Shown: positions 1 to 9,312 of the stretch, in pieces
Layout of the letters: each line of letters begins with the position of its first letter
How positions within the stretch are numbered: position 1 is the stretch's first letter
Source: Vampirovibrionales bacterium
GTDB taxonomy: Bacteria; Cyanobacteriota; Vampirovibrionia; Vampirovibrionales; Vampirovibrionaceae
Direction: 5' to 3'
Assembly (NCBI GenBank): GCA_039794365.1
Contig: JBDIVN010000009.1
Location: 4,102-68,101 of the forward strand
Length of the DNA: 64,000 nucleotides
The notes under the pieces: generated by a model
Databases searched by the model: none
What the model was told of the DNA's origin: nothing
What the model saw: only the letters and a program-made list of their open reading frames with translations
Made by a program: the position numbers and the translations under genes

Positions 1-220
1 ATGAGCCAGCATGGGAATATGGCTGATCATTTCGTGGTAGACGAACTCGTCCTTCTCGGTGGTCATTACCAGCCCGTCCAGCAGGAGCATCCGCCCGTAG
101 GCCACCGTGTCCACCACGTCAATTGTCTGGAAGGACGACTCGCCGTGATACAGCGTTTCCGTAATCTTGTAGCTGAGCCGAACGGCTTTGAGATGTTCTT
201 CCGTAACCCAGAGTTCCATG
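1..220 (-). CDS. speE: spermidine synthase, N-terminal part (5' end of gene; continues beyond window)
   Basis: Reverse-strand translation from ATG at 218-220 gives MELWVTEEH...GESSFQTIDVVDT...GRMLLLDGLVMTTEKDEFVYHEMISH, the canonical SpeE N-terminus. The gene runs off the window edge. Confidence 0.8.
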
Positions 221-294
221 TGCAAAATCCTTGTGTCTACAGCCCGGCAAACGCCGCTGCGATTATAGGACAGTCGGCCCGGCCAGACAATGCG

Positions 295-729
295 TCAGCG
301 GGCAGCCCCCGTCATCAGCGGAAGCCGCTCTCCGACGGTGCGGGGGAAGTGGCGGCCCCGACTGGCGTGGTGGACTTCGAAATGCTGGACGCCAAAGGCT
401 TCCAGCACCAGTGCCTGGGTGGTTTCCACGTCAAAGGGCTTGCAACTGAAGATATCGAAAAAGAAGTAGTCTTTTTCCGTGAAGGAATGGAAGGTGATGT
501 GGGATTCGGCGATGATCACCACGCCGGTAATGCCCTTGTCCTCCGGCACCAGCCCTTCATAGGGGAAAACATAAGGCTGGACGATCTTCGTCATGCCGAT
601 ACGTTCCGGCAGGGTGTTGAGAAAGTCGAACACGTAGCGCAGATCGCTGATCTTTTCCGCGTCGCACCCGCGGCAATCGAGCATCAGGTGAGGGCCGAAC
701 TCGGAACGAATAACAGGGGACATCAGCAC
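295..729 (-). CDS. pyruvoyl-dependent S-adenosylmethionine decarboxylase-like paralog (class 1b SpeH family)
   Basis: Contains [14 protein letters not shown], the family's conserved ESH proenzyme motif. The fold is similar to the adjacent speH but more diverged. Confidence 0.6.
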   Translation of the reverse strand: MLMSPVIRSEFGPHLMLDCRGCDAEKISDLRYVFDFLNTLPERIGMTKIVQPYVFPYEGLVPEDKGITGVVIIAESHITFHSFTEKDYFFFDIFSCKPFDVETTQALVLEAFGVQHFEVHHASRGRHFPRTVGERLPLMTGAAR

Positions 730-1202
730 TGCCCTCCCACGGGTTGCGGAATGTTCCCGGCTGTTTTTTCTTCTATTGACTTTTCGAGGCGCACCTCGAA
801 GGGCTGCCTGAGCATTTCCATCGTCTCACGGTTCATCATGCCGCGGGTGAGTTCGGAGTAAAAGGCGGAACGGGAGTGAAACTTCTCGCGCAGGTATTCG
901 TAGGCCACTTCCGGGTTGCAGGTGTCGCCGCAAGTGAACAGATCCACGGCGGCGTAGCCGAATTCCGGCCAGGTGTGGATGGCCAGGTGGGATTCGGCGA
1001 TGATCACCACGCCGCTGACCCCGTACGGGCTGAACATGTGGAAGTTCTTCTGGACGACGGTCGCGCCGCACCTGACGGCGGCATCGGTCATCACTTCTTC
1101 AATCAGGGAGGGATTGTTCAGGACGTTGGGATCGCAGTCGTAGAACTCTACGAGGAGGTGGCGCCCAAGGTTGAAAACGGTGGATTCGCTGTTCTTGGTC
1201 AA
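723..1202 (-). CDS. speH: S-adenosylmethionine decarboxylase proenzyme (class 1b)
   Basis: [19 protein letters not shown]...[33 protein letters not shown] closely matches B. subtilis-type SpeH. It overlaps the downstream paralog by 7 nt. Confidence 0.85.
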   Translation of the reverse strand: MTKNSESTVFNLGRHLLVEFYDCDPNVLNNPSLIEEVMTDAAVRCGATVVQKNFHMFSPYGVSGVVIIAESHLAIHTWPEFGYAAVDLFTCGDTCNPEVAYEYLREKFHSRSAFYSELTRGMMNRETMEMLRQPFEVRLEKSIEEKTAGNIPQPVGGQC

Positions 1203-1526
1203 TTCTTTTCAACTCTCGCAGGTTATGGATGCTTGCCACGGGTCGTTTTTTCGTGAAAAACGAAATTGCATTCTAACAGAAAATTTTTGATTGCAAGTGT
1301 GGATTTTTCAGTTGTCCGTCCCCGGAATAAAGCCGCTCGCCGCGCAGCTTTCTCAGGGGGCGGGGCATGGAGGCGGATGCCGTTTTTCCTGCGAGAACCA
1401 GAGACAAACCGAGCCAAGATTTTAAAAATAAACTTTCCGTTGCCGGTCCCCATTGGAAACCCCGTATGTATCAAGTAATATTAAGACCTTGGAAAAACCC
1501 GGACGGTATTGAGGAAACAGGGATCA

Positions 1527-2837
1527 ATGACGGCAATTTATCGCAGCGCGGTTTATCACGCCCTTTCGGATTCGCAGGGGGAGTACTGGCCCGACGGCGC
1601 CCTGGTGGTGGATGATGCCGGCTGCATCGAAGCCTGCGGCCCGTGGACGGAAATCGAGCCGCGTTATCGCGACGCCGATTACAGCCTGACCGTCTTTCCC
1701 AGGGGACATCTCATCATGCCCGGTCTGGTGGATATGCACGTCCACCTGCCGCAGATCAAGGTAACGGGCCGCCAAAAACCCAGCCTGATGGACTGGCTGG
1801 ATGAGCATATCTTTCCGGCGGAAACCCGGTTCGCCGAACCGCCCCACGCCAGGCAGGTCAGCCGCTGGTTTTTCCACGAACTGCTGAAGAACGGCACCAC
1901 CACCGCCAGCGTCTTTACCACCGTCCATACGGAGGCCACCCGCATTGCCTTCGAGACTGCCGGGGAGCTGGGAAACCGGGTCATCATGGGCCTGAACCTG
2001 ATGGACCGAAACGCCCCCGATTTCCTGATCCGTCCCAGGGATAAGCTGCTGGCGGACACGGAGGCGCTTTACGACGAATGGCATGGCCGTGACGGCAACC
2101 GGCTGCTCTACGCATGGCTCCCCCGCTTTGCCATCAGTTGCAGCGATGAGCTGCTGGCAGGGATTGGCAAACTCCGCGAAAAATACCCCGATGCCTACAT
2201 GCACACCCACATCTCGGAGCAGGCGGACGAAGTGGCGGCGGTGCTGGAAATGTTCCCCCAGGCGGATTCCTACACGGACGCCTACGGCCGGTTCGGCCTC
2301 ATCGGTCCCCGGACGATCCTGGCCCACGGCATTTATCTGGATGACAGCGAGCTGAACCGGATCAGACACGCCGGAGCCAGCCTGGCCCACTGCCCCAGTG
2401 CCAACTTCTTCCTCCACAGCGGACGCTTCCGCTGGTTTGACGTGCAGGACAAGGACATCCGGGTGGGCCTGGGTTCTGACGTGGGGGCGGGGCCGGAGCT
2501 AAGCCTTTTCAAGGTAATGAAAGACGCCCAGTACATGCAGTCCACCGAACTCAAGGGACGGATCATCAACTGCCATAACCTGATCTACCACGGTACGCTG
2601 GGCGGAGCAAAGGCCCTGATGCTGGATGATCTCATCGGAAACTTCCTGCCGGGCAAAGAGGCGGACTTCATCGTGCTGAACCTGCTCTGCAAAACCGGTA
2701 TTCCGGACGATCTGGCCGACCGGGACATCGACACCATCCTCTCCAGCCTGGTGTTTCTGGGCGACGACCGGCTCATTGCCCGGACCTTCGTTCGGGGGAG
2801 GCAGGTGTACGAACAGAAAAACGTGGCCCTGGTCTAG
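1527..2837 (+). CDS. guaD: guanine deaminase
   Basis: MPGLVDMHVHLPQ...EHIFPAE, HTHISEQADE and LGGAKALMLDDLIGNFLPGKEADFIVLN are near-identical to E. coli GuaD motifs. ATG at 1527 is preferred over the track's TTG at 1509 because a GAGGAAA RBS lies ~9 nt upstream. Confidence 0.85.
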   Translation: MTAIYRSAVYHALSDSQGEYWPDGALVVDDAGCIEACGPWTEIEPRYRDADYSLTVFPRGHLIMPGLVDMHVHLPQIKVTGRQKPSLMDWLDEHIFPAETRFAEPPHARQVSRWFFHELLKNGTTTASVFTTVHTEATRIAFETAGELGNRVIMGLNLMDRNAPDFLIRPRDKLLADTEALYDEWHGRDGNRLLYAWLPRFAISCSDELLAGIGKLREKYPDAYMHTHISEQADEVAAVLEMFPQADSYTDAYGRFGLIGPRTILAHGIYLDDSELNRIRHAGASLAHCPSANFFLHSGRFRWFDVQDKDIRVGLGSDVGAGPELSLFKVMKDAQYMQSTELKGRIINCHNLIYHGTLGGAKALMLDDLIGNFLPGKEADFIVLNLLCKTGIPDDLADRDIDTILSSLVFLGDDRLIARTFVRGRQVYEQKNVALV

Positions 2838-2846
2838 CCGGCGAAC

Positions 2847-3638
2847 CTAATCATCATCATCATCATCATCGTCGTCGTCATCGTCATTTCTTGCCCTGTC
2901 GTCCTGTCGGCGGCAATCGGGGTTGTTGCTGATATCGCAGATATTGTTGGAACTGCCGCGGACCTCATCCTGGGAAGTGCTTCCGCCCTGGACAGCCTGC
3001 TGCGCGTTTTGGTTGACGACCTGGGATTCCTGTTCAATCACCTGTTCCACCTCATCAAGCCCCCGTTGCCGGAGTTCGGTCTCAATCGCCGCTCTGAGCG
3101 CCTCAAAGCGTCGTTGTCCCTGCCGTACCTGTCGGCGTGCGTTTTCTCTCTGCGTACCCCGCGTACTTTGCATCAGTCCGATATAATCCGCGACGACGTG
3201 CCCTTCTTCGGCCAGATCAAACACCATTTGCATCAACTGCCGGCGTTCGGCGGCACTCAAGCCTCGCATGGCCCGGAGGAAAGCGTCACTTGCCAGGGCG
3301 AGCCGCCATTGTTCCGCACCGTTTGCGCCGGTGGTGTCCACCATGCCATTGCTGTTCCGGGAACTGCCGCTGCCGCTGTCCACTGAAACCTGGACGCACT
3401 GGCCGTTGCTGAAGCAATATTGTCCGGAACCCTCGGCACCGGCCTCCAGGCCCAGGGGATGGATGGCCATTTCGCCGTTTCCGGAAATTTCGGCATTCAT
3501 TGTACCGGCCATAAACTGTGGAATGGCCTGATTCAGATTTCCGACACTCAACAATACGCTCGTGGCAATAAAAAAGACAACAAGCGGCACAACATATTCA
3601 TAGGTCGCATTTCCTCTATAGGGCAACCTTTTGGGCAT
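2847..3638 (-). CDS. hypothetical membrane-anchored protein with C-terminal poly-Asp tail
   Basis: N-terminal TM helix (VVPLVVFFIATSVLL), coiled/charged middle, and 12 consecutive Asp at the C-terminus. The Asp run is encoded by a (GAT/GAC)n repeat at 2849-2890. Confidence 0.5.
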   Translation of the reverse strand: MPKRLPYRGNATYEYVVPLVVFFIATSVLLSVGNLNQAIPQFMAGTMNAEISGNGEMAIHPLGLEAGAEGSGQYCFSNGQCVQVSVDSGSGSSRNSNGMVDTTGANGAEQWRLALASDAFLRAMRGLSAAERRQLMQMVFDLAEEGHVVADYIGLMQSTRGTQRENARRQVRQGQRRFEALRAAIETELRQRGLDEVEQVIEQESQVVNQNAQQAVQGGSTSQDEVRGSSNNICDISNNPDCRRQDDRARNDDDDDDDDDDDD

Positions 3639-3945
3639 CAGACCATCCTTCTTCTTTCCGGCGATACACCAGTTTTTCCGAATTTGTATTGGTTATCGTT
3701 AGGATATCTTTTTTATTTAATAAATACTGCCCCTCATTAAACATTGTTTACATGCATCCACTATTTCGGAGCCGATTCACCGAAAAACCGAGCCGCATCC
3801 CTCATGTACATGGGGGATGCCTGGGCAGGTTCATGCCCCTACAATATTCATGATGACCGGCTTTGCCTTTGGTGGTATCATAGTAAGTGTTGGTTACCAA
3901 GCAAAGGGTAGACGAGAAGCTGGTTCCGGATAGCAGGAAGACGCG

Positions 3946-4704
3946 GTGGATTCGCGAGGGTCTGGATTTTTGGGATACCGAGAGTATTTGAAGAATAACC
4001 GGGCGCAACAACCGGACTTGCTTGACGACGTACGAAACAGGTTCCGGAAAGCGCTTTCAAAGGTCGGCTCCCTTCATCGGCAATGGCTGGCGGAGATTCA
4101 GCAGATTCGAACAGTGCCGCCCCGGCAGGATGAGGAAGTTCAGGCCGAGGCTCCGCTTCGCCGGGACGGAACTTTTCTCAGCCATGATGATGCCCTGGCA
4201 GCCCTTTTTCCCAACCGCATCACCAGCTTTTTCCCGGATGCCCCCGAACCGGAAGACCGGCTCGAAAACCTGGGTGAAGAAAGTCTGGGTGAAGAAAGTC
4301 CGGGGCTTGAGAATATCGAGGAGGACCCCGTCCTGGCCGAGATGGAAAAACCGGTCAGCCGGGGAGGCGACGAATCTCTTGAGCGTATCCGCGCAGCCTT
4401 TCAACGCCTGACCAGACCTGCCGCCGCAACGGAAGAAAAAAAGGCCAGTCCCCTCGTTACGGAACTCAAGCGGGTGATGGACCAGGAGCTTTCCGTCGGG
4501 AAGGGCGGCAAACCGGCCCCGCCGCGCCGCCGTATCGGCAATGCCCTGCTCGATGAACGCCGTCTGGATCGGATCAATGAAAAGAAGTTCCAGTTGCTGC
4601 TGAAGAATAACAAGAGCCTGTCCAACAACATCAACCGGCTTGCGGATTCCTACTTCAGCAGGAAAAAGCCGGATGAGGAAGGTTCCTGGATTCCCGGTAT
4701 CTAA
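3946..4704 (+). CDS. hypothetical acidic protein
   Basis: ORF with a tandem 15-bp internal duplication (LGEESLGEES). No recognisable domain; coding status is uncertain. Confidence 0.3.
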   Translation: MDSRGSGFLGYREYLKNNRAQQPDLLDDVRNRFRKALSKVGSLHRQWLAEIQQIRTVPPRQDEEVQAEAPLRRDGTFLSHDDALAALFPNRITSFFPDAPEPEDRLENLGEESLGEESPGLENIEEDPVLAEMEKPVSRGGDESLERIRAAFQRLTRPAAATEEKKASPLVTELKRVMDQELSVGKGGKPAPPRRRIGNALLDERRLDRINEKKFQLLLKNNKSLSNNINRLADSYFSRKKPDEEGSWIPGI

Positions 4705-4768
4705 TCCGGCCTTTGCACGGAAAAACTGCGCGAACTGAACGTCTGAGAGAAGGACCCGTCTTCATTTC

Positions 4769-5506
4769 ATGGAACTAAGCACCCTTGAAGCCATTATCCG
4801 CATTCTGGCCGCTCTGGTCTGCGGAGGGATCGTGGGCCTGGAACGCGAACTGAGCATGCATCCGGCGGGTCTGCGGACCCACATCCTGGTGTGCATCGGG
4901 GCGGCGGTTTTCACCATCCTTTCGGTTTCCGGTCTGAGTCTGGGCCTGGAAACCGGTGACGCCCTTCCCACCGGGGTGGATTACCGAATCGTGCGTGATC
5001 CGGGCCGGATCGCGGCGCAGATCGTCACCGGAATTGGTTTTATCGGTGGCGGGGCGGTATTGCGCCATGGAGCCACCGTTCGCGGGCTGACCACGGCGGC
5101 CAGCCTCTGGATGATTGCCAGCGTCGGCATGCTGGCCGGTGCGGGCTACTACCTGCTGGCCGGAATTTCAACCCTGATTTCGTTCGCCGTCCTGTTCCTG
5201 CTGGGGAAAGTGGGGAGAAACCTGACCCAGAAGCATCAGAAAGCCTACAACCGGCTTCGTATGCTGGCTACCATCAATCCGATCCATACCAATGCCCTGC
5301 AATCCTGGATAGATCGCCACTTCGAGGAGCGGGTCATCGAGTTCAAGAACACCTCAAGCGGAGAAGACCAGTCCACCCTGACCTACATTATCGACGTGGA
5401 AGGCCAGAAAATCGACGTCAACGAGATTTCCCGCAAGGTCAACGCCCTCACTGGCATCAGCTCCACCGGTATCCGCCTCTACTATCACAGCCCGGATACG
5501 GAATGA
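4769..5506 (+). CDS. mgtC: MgtC/SapB family membrane protein
   Basis: N-terminal GGIVGLERE...GLRTHILV motif and a polytopic membrane core typical of the MgtC family, with a soluble C-terminal domain. Confidence 0.75.
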   Translation: MELSTLEAIIRILAALVCGGIVGLERELSMHPAGLRTHILVCIGAAVFTILSVSGLSLGLETGDALPTGVDYRIVRDPGRIAAQIVTGIGFIGGGAVLRHGATVRGLTTAASLWMIASVGMLAGAGYYLLAGISTLISFAVLFLLGKVGRNLTQKHQKAYNRLRMLATINPIHTNALQSWIDRHFEERVIEFKNTSSGEDQSTLTYIIDVEGQKIDVNEISRKVNALTGISSTGIRLYYHSPDTE

Positions 5507-5591
5507 GCTGTTCCCGGCTCTCTTGGAGCCGCCACCGTCATTCCCGCGCAGGTGGGAATCATTTCATATTTCGCACAGGTGTTAATCGCTC

Positions 5592-6341
5592 CTAATGCCC
5601 GGCGTGGGTGTAAGCCACGCCCTGGGCGGCCCAGCCGGCGAGGTTCCGGGCGGAGTCAGGCCAGGGGAAGCGTATGTCATCCAGCCGGGCCACTTCGCAC
5701 AGGCCGAACACGGCGTTGGTCAGGAACATGCCGTCCATTCCAGCCGCCTCGTTTCGGGAAAAGGCCGCAATCTTTACGTCCACCCCCTTGCGCTTCGCCC
5801 AGGCCAGAATTTCATGCCGGGTAATGCCGGGCAGACAGCCGTCATTTTCCGGGTCCGGCGTATAAAGAATGCCCTCCCGGATGAAAAACACGTTGGCCGT
5901 GGTGGCCTCGGTGATTCGTCCGTATCGGTTCACCCAGACCACCTCATCCGCCCCCTGCTGTAAGGCTTGACGCTTGAGCAGCAACGGTTCCGCCAGCGCT
6001 CCGTGTTTTACCGCAGGAAAGCGTTTCTCGTAATCCACGCTTTTCACCGTCAACGGCGCCTGGGCGGCATCGGGAACCGGACGCCCGGAGATTTCAAGGC
6101 GGCTGGTTTCCAGTGTGCGGGTCAAGTCCGCAAAGCCTGAGATTTCGGGAATCACGGTGATTCTGGCCACCACCGGCTGGGAAAACCGTTCGGCCAGCAA
6201 GGACCGGATTTGGGCATCCCCAAAGGGAAAGGGAATCCCCAGAAAGCCTGCGTCATGGCGCAGCCTCTGGAGATGAAGAGCCAGAAGCGCGTCGCTTAAA
6301 GGCCAGCACAGGGTGGTAAAAACCGTATAACCGTAATACAT
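5592..6341 (-). CDS. pabC: class IV aminotransferase-fold protein, probably aminodeoxychorismate lyase
   Basis: GYTVFTT (cf. GDGCFTT), TANVFFIREGILYTP and GITR resemble PabC/IlvE fold-type IV. The start is set at the MYYGYTV Met rather than the longer track ORF. Confidence 0.6.
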   Translation of the reverse strand: MYYGYTVFTTLCWPLSDALLALHLQRLRHDAGFLGIPFPFGDAQIRSLLAERFSQPVVARITVIPEISGFADLTRTLETSRLEISGRPVPDAAQAPLTVKSVDYEKRFPAVKHGALAEPLLLKRQALQQGADEVVWVNRYGRITEATTANVFFIREGILYTPDPENDGCLPGITRHEILAWAKRKGVDVKIAAFSRNEAAGMDGMFLTNAVFGLCEVARLDDIRFPWPDSARNLAGWAAQGVAYTHAGH

Positions 6342-6354
6342 GGCCACAGGAATG

Positions 6355-7767
6355 TCAGTCTTGCGGGTTTCTTCCGTTCTTTCCATGACGCGCGACCTCC
6401 TCGATCATCGCCCTGATTGGCGCCGGAACCTGCTGCGGGCTGTGCAGGGACTCGGCGATCCGTTCGGCGAAGTGGATTTTATCAAATCCACCGCCCTTCA
6501 GCTCGTAAAGATTCCACAGGGCTTTAAGCACCGTCACCCGGCTGGGGGCCTCCTCCGCCCGGAAAGTCATTCTCACCCGATTAAAATCCGCCTCGGTGAT
6601 AGGTGATACCGGCTCATAGTGGTCATTAATGGTTTTCAGAACCAATGCCGGATCGTAGGCATCCTCGAACTCGCCCTCTTCGATGACGTAAAGCCGGTCC
6701 TGCGGGCGGAGTTCGTCCCGGATGATTTCTCCGGCGCGGCGGGCATCGCTGTCCAGGACAACCGTGACGGGGATGTTGAGAACGCGGGCGTAATCGCCAT
6801 AAAGCTGGATCACCTGGTTCTTGCCTCCGGCGGGCAGCACGAGAATGCCCAATGCGGGGAAATCGTAGTTCATGATCCCGGCGAAGCAGGGGATCAGAAG
6901 CTGTTCCGTGACGCCTTCCACGATCATCAGTTTGCGCACCGGGCGGATACGGCCCGTGTCCGGCAGGCGGGGCGCTATCTCGTCCACCAGTGCGGTCAGC
7001 TCGTCCAGCAGGGCGGTAATATCCTCATCCGGCTGGATGGACCGGTATTTTCCGGTGGCGGACAGGTATTCATGAGCCTTCCTCAGCCGGACGAGCAGGG
7101 GCAGCCGGCTGGCGTCCGGTTCGGCAATCGCCTCGAGCAGGGCGGTCCAGGGCGGCACCTGGGTGAGGTGGCGGCAGGCCAGGTACTCCCGCAAGGGAGA
7201 ATCGCCCCGCAGTAGATCCGTCCGGAAGCCATGGGCGGCCAGAATGGCCCGCAGGGATTCCGGCGGCGGGCTGCCATTCTCGTAATGGGCGCCGTGGATT
7301 TCGGAGGAGTCGGTCGTGGTCAGCAGCTCAACGTCCTGCCGGACCCATTCATCCGCCCGGAATTGGATCAGCTCTTCGGCGAGCAGGTAAAGGGTCAGGA
7401 ATACGTCACGCATGTCCGCCCGGCTGCCAAGGGTGGTTTCCCAGAGGGTCGTTCCCATCATCTCCATCAGGGCCACGGGCAGAGTGCCGATCACCGTCTT
7501 GGAAAACCGGGGATGGTGCAGTTGGCGGCTGACAAGCTGCTCCAGCGCCAGCCGGTTGCGCTGGACCGGAAACCGGAACTTCAGCAGGCGGTTGGCATGG
7601 ACAGCCAGATCTTCCAGGGCGGGCGGCCTGAACAAAGCGGCCTCATCCGCCACCTCATGGAAGAGGCGGCGGATTCCTGGACTCATGTTTTCCGGAAGGG
7701 AAACCGGGACAAGGGCGTCCGGCCTGCCCGCGGACTTGAAATCAGGCGTAGAAATGGATTGGGTCAC
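6355..7767 (-). CDS. hypothetical protein with C-terminal Toprim-like (OLD-type) domain
   Basis: The C-terminal half has KLMIVEGVTEQLLIP (Toprim acidic Glu motif) followed by VVLDSDARRAG (DxD motif). The N-terminal ~280 aa carry no Walker motifs or any known domain. Confidence 0.5.
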   Translation of the reverse strand: MTQSISTPDFKSAGRPDALVPVSLPENMSPGIRRLFHEVADEAALFRPPALEDLAVHANRLLKFRFPVQRNRLALEQLVSRQLHHPRFSKTVIGTLPVALMEMMGTTLWETTLGSRADMRDVFLTLYLLAEELIQFRADEWVRQDVELLTTTDSSEIHGAHYENGSPPPESLRAILAAHGFRTDLLRGDSPLREYLACRHLTQVPPWTALLEAIAEPDASRLPLLVRLRKAHEYLSATGKYRSIQPDEDITALLDELTALVDEIAPRLPDTGRIRPVRKLMIVEGVTEQLLIPCFAGIMNYDFPALGILVLPAGGKNQVIQLYGDYARVLNIPVTVVLDSDARRAGEIIRDELRPQDRLYVIEEGEFEDAYDPALVLKTINDHYEPVSPITEADFNRVRMTFRAEEAPSRVTVLKALWNLYELKGGGFDKIHFAERIAESLHSPQQVPAPIRAMIEEVARHGKNGRNPQD

Positions 7768-7895
7768 CCTTTAACTGATACGGAACTGGCAGATAAAGCC
7801 GACTGCTAAAGAAATTTTACCAGAGAGACGGCTCCGGGCGAATGCTCAGGCGTCGGGGGATAGCCTGAGAGCGGGCTTTATGGTCTAATGGAGTC

Positions 7896-8495
7896 ATGAT
7901 TTCACCCTCTGAAAACCCTCGGATCGAAGTGCGCTCGGATCAGTTGCTGATCCGGCGGATGCGGCCATCCGACGTGCGGGACATCATGGAAATCGAGTCG
8001 ATTTCCTTCGGGCGCCACCACTGGGCGGAGGAATCGTTCCTCAATGAGATGAAGAACCAGCTGGGGCGGTACTTCTCCCTGATTGACCGGCAAACCGACA
8101 GGCTTATCGGCTACTGCGGCTTCTGGATGATTCTTGACGAGGCGCACATTACCACCATCGCCGTTCATCCCCAGTACCGGGGCAACTCGCTGGGAGAGAT
8201 CCAGCTGATCCAGATGCTGGAACGCTGCCTGGGACAATCCATCAAGTGGGTCACGCTGGAGGTCCGGGTGTCCAACTATAGTGCGCAGAACCTCTATTAC
8301 AAATACGGCTTCCAGTCCGCAGGCCTGCGTCACAAGTATTACCAGGACAACAACGAGGACGCCCTCATCATGACCACGCCCGACATCTCCTCGAAGGAGT
8401 TCCGGGCGCTGTACAAGCGTAACAAGCAGGCGTTGCTGGAAAAAGCGGGACAGTTTCCCGAAGGGCTGGAAGACGGCCCTTTCGGCAATCGCTAA
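7896..8495 (+). CDS. rimI: ribosomal-protein-alanine N-acetyltransferase (GNAT)
   Basis: GNAT core (ITTIAVHPQYRGNSLGE..., YYKYGF) of RimI type. Confidence 0.7.
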   Translation: MISPSENPRIEVRSDQLLIRRMRPSDVRDIMEIESISFGRHHWAEESFLNEMKNQLGRYFSLIDRQTDRLIGYCGFWMILDEAHITTIAVHPQYRGNSLGEIQLIQMLERCLGQSIKWVTLEVRVSNYSAQNLYYKYGFQSAGLRHKYYQDNNEDALIMTTPDISSKEFRALYKRNKQALLEKAGQFPEGLEDGPFGNR

Positions 8496-8511
8496 CGGGA
8501 AGGACGGGACG

Positions 8512-9240
8512 TTGACGGTCAAGGCGCCATCAACCAAGCAGATCAAGGAGCCGGATATCGAGGCCCTGTCCGATGTGGACAGCGGGGATTTCGTGTCCAT
8601 CCACCGGGATACCCTGCGGGCGCCCCGGCTCAATCTCGTCAGCCTGCTGCTGATCGTTCTGTGCGCGATGGCGCTGGCCTTTCTTGGTTTCCTGTCCGTG
8701 CCGGTGCCGGATGTGTATGAGGCCATCCGGACCGGGACGCCGGTGGAAACCCAGGCTCTGTTTCCCTATACGGCCCAGGTTCCCTTTGCCCTGTTCCTGG
8801 GCGCCGTTCTTGGCAGCATACTCGGCTCCGGGGCCATCCTGATCTTCCTGGCCACCGGGCTGCTCTTTCTGCCCCTGTTCACCAACGGCGGCGGGCTGAT
8901 GTACCTGACGGAACCCGGCTTCCCTTATTTCATCGGCATGCTGGCCGGAGCATTCTTCTGTGGACGTCTGATGCCCTGGGCCTATGATCAGGATCGCAAT
9001 ATCTTCCTGACATTTTTCAAGCTGATTGGCATGGCGGTGGCCGCCGTGCTGATTGTCCACGGCGTTGGCATCCTGGGCTTGGGCATCCTGCTGCTGACCG
9101 GGCAGATCAACCTGGAAGCCCTGGGCCACTGGAGCATTCTTCTGGGCGCCGTGCCGATCCTTTACGATTTGGCCCTTGCAACGGCCCTGCTGATACTGGT
9201 TCGACCCGTCCGGTATTTGCTCTGGCTGGTGCTTTATTGA
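8512..9240 (+). CDS. bioY: BioY-family biotin transporter S-component
   Basis: Polytopic membrane protein. LPLFTNGGGLMYLTEPGFPYFIGMLAGAFFCG matches the BioY core (LPVFAGGSGGLGYLLGPTGGYLIGF...). It has a ~50-aa N-terminal extension. Confidence 0.55.
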   Translation: MTVKAPSTKQIKEPDIEALSDVDSGDFVSIHRDTLRAPRLNLVSLLLIVLCAMALAFLGFLSVPVPDVYEAIRTGTPVETQALFPYTAQVPFALFLGAVLGSILGSGAILIFLATGLLFLPLFTNGGGLMYLTEPGFPYFIGMLAGAFFCGRLMPWAYDQDRNIFLTFFKLIGMAVAAVLIVHGVGILGLGILLLTGQINLEALGHWSILLGAVPILYDLALATALLILVRPVRYLLWLVLY

Positions 9241-9312
9241 TAAACTGGACTTGTCCAGCGGACTTTTCTCCCTGGTTTCTCACTCGTATTCGTTCTGATT
9301 TAGAGGTGCCCG

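Noticed and set aside
1-861. 286-aa plus-strand ORF
   Set aside because: Antisense to speE, the speH paralog and speH, whose minus-strand translations match known enzymes. It is a high-GC antisense artefact.
1524-2417. 297-aa minus-strand ORF
   Set aside because: Lies entirely inside guaD on the opposite strand, and guaD has unambiguous homology. It is antisense.
2849-2890. Short tandem repeat considered as a possible CRISPR or other array
   Set aside because: It is a simple trinucleotide (GAT/GAC)n tract inside a CDS encoding poly-Asp. It has no spacer-repeat architecture. No CRISPR array was seen anywhere in the window.
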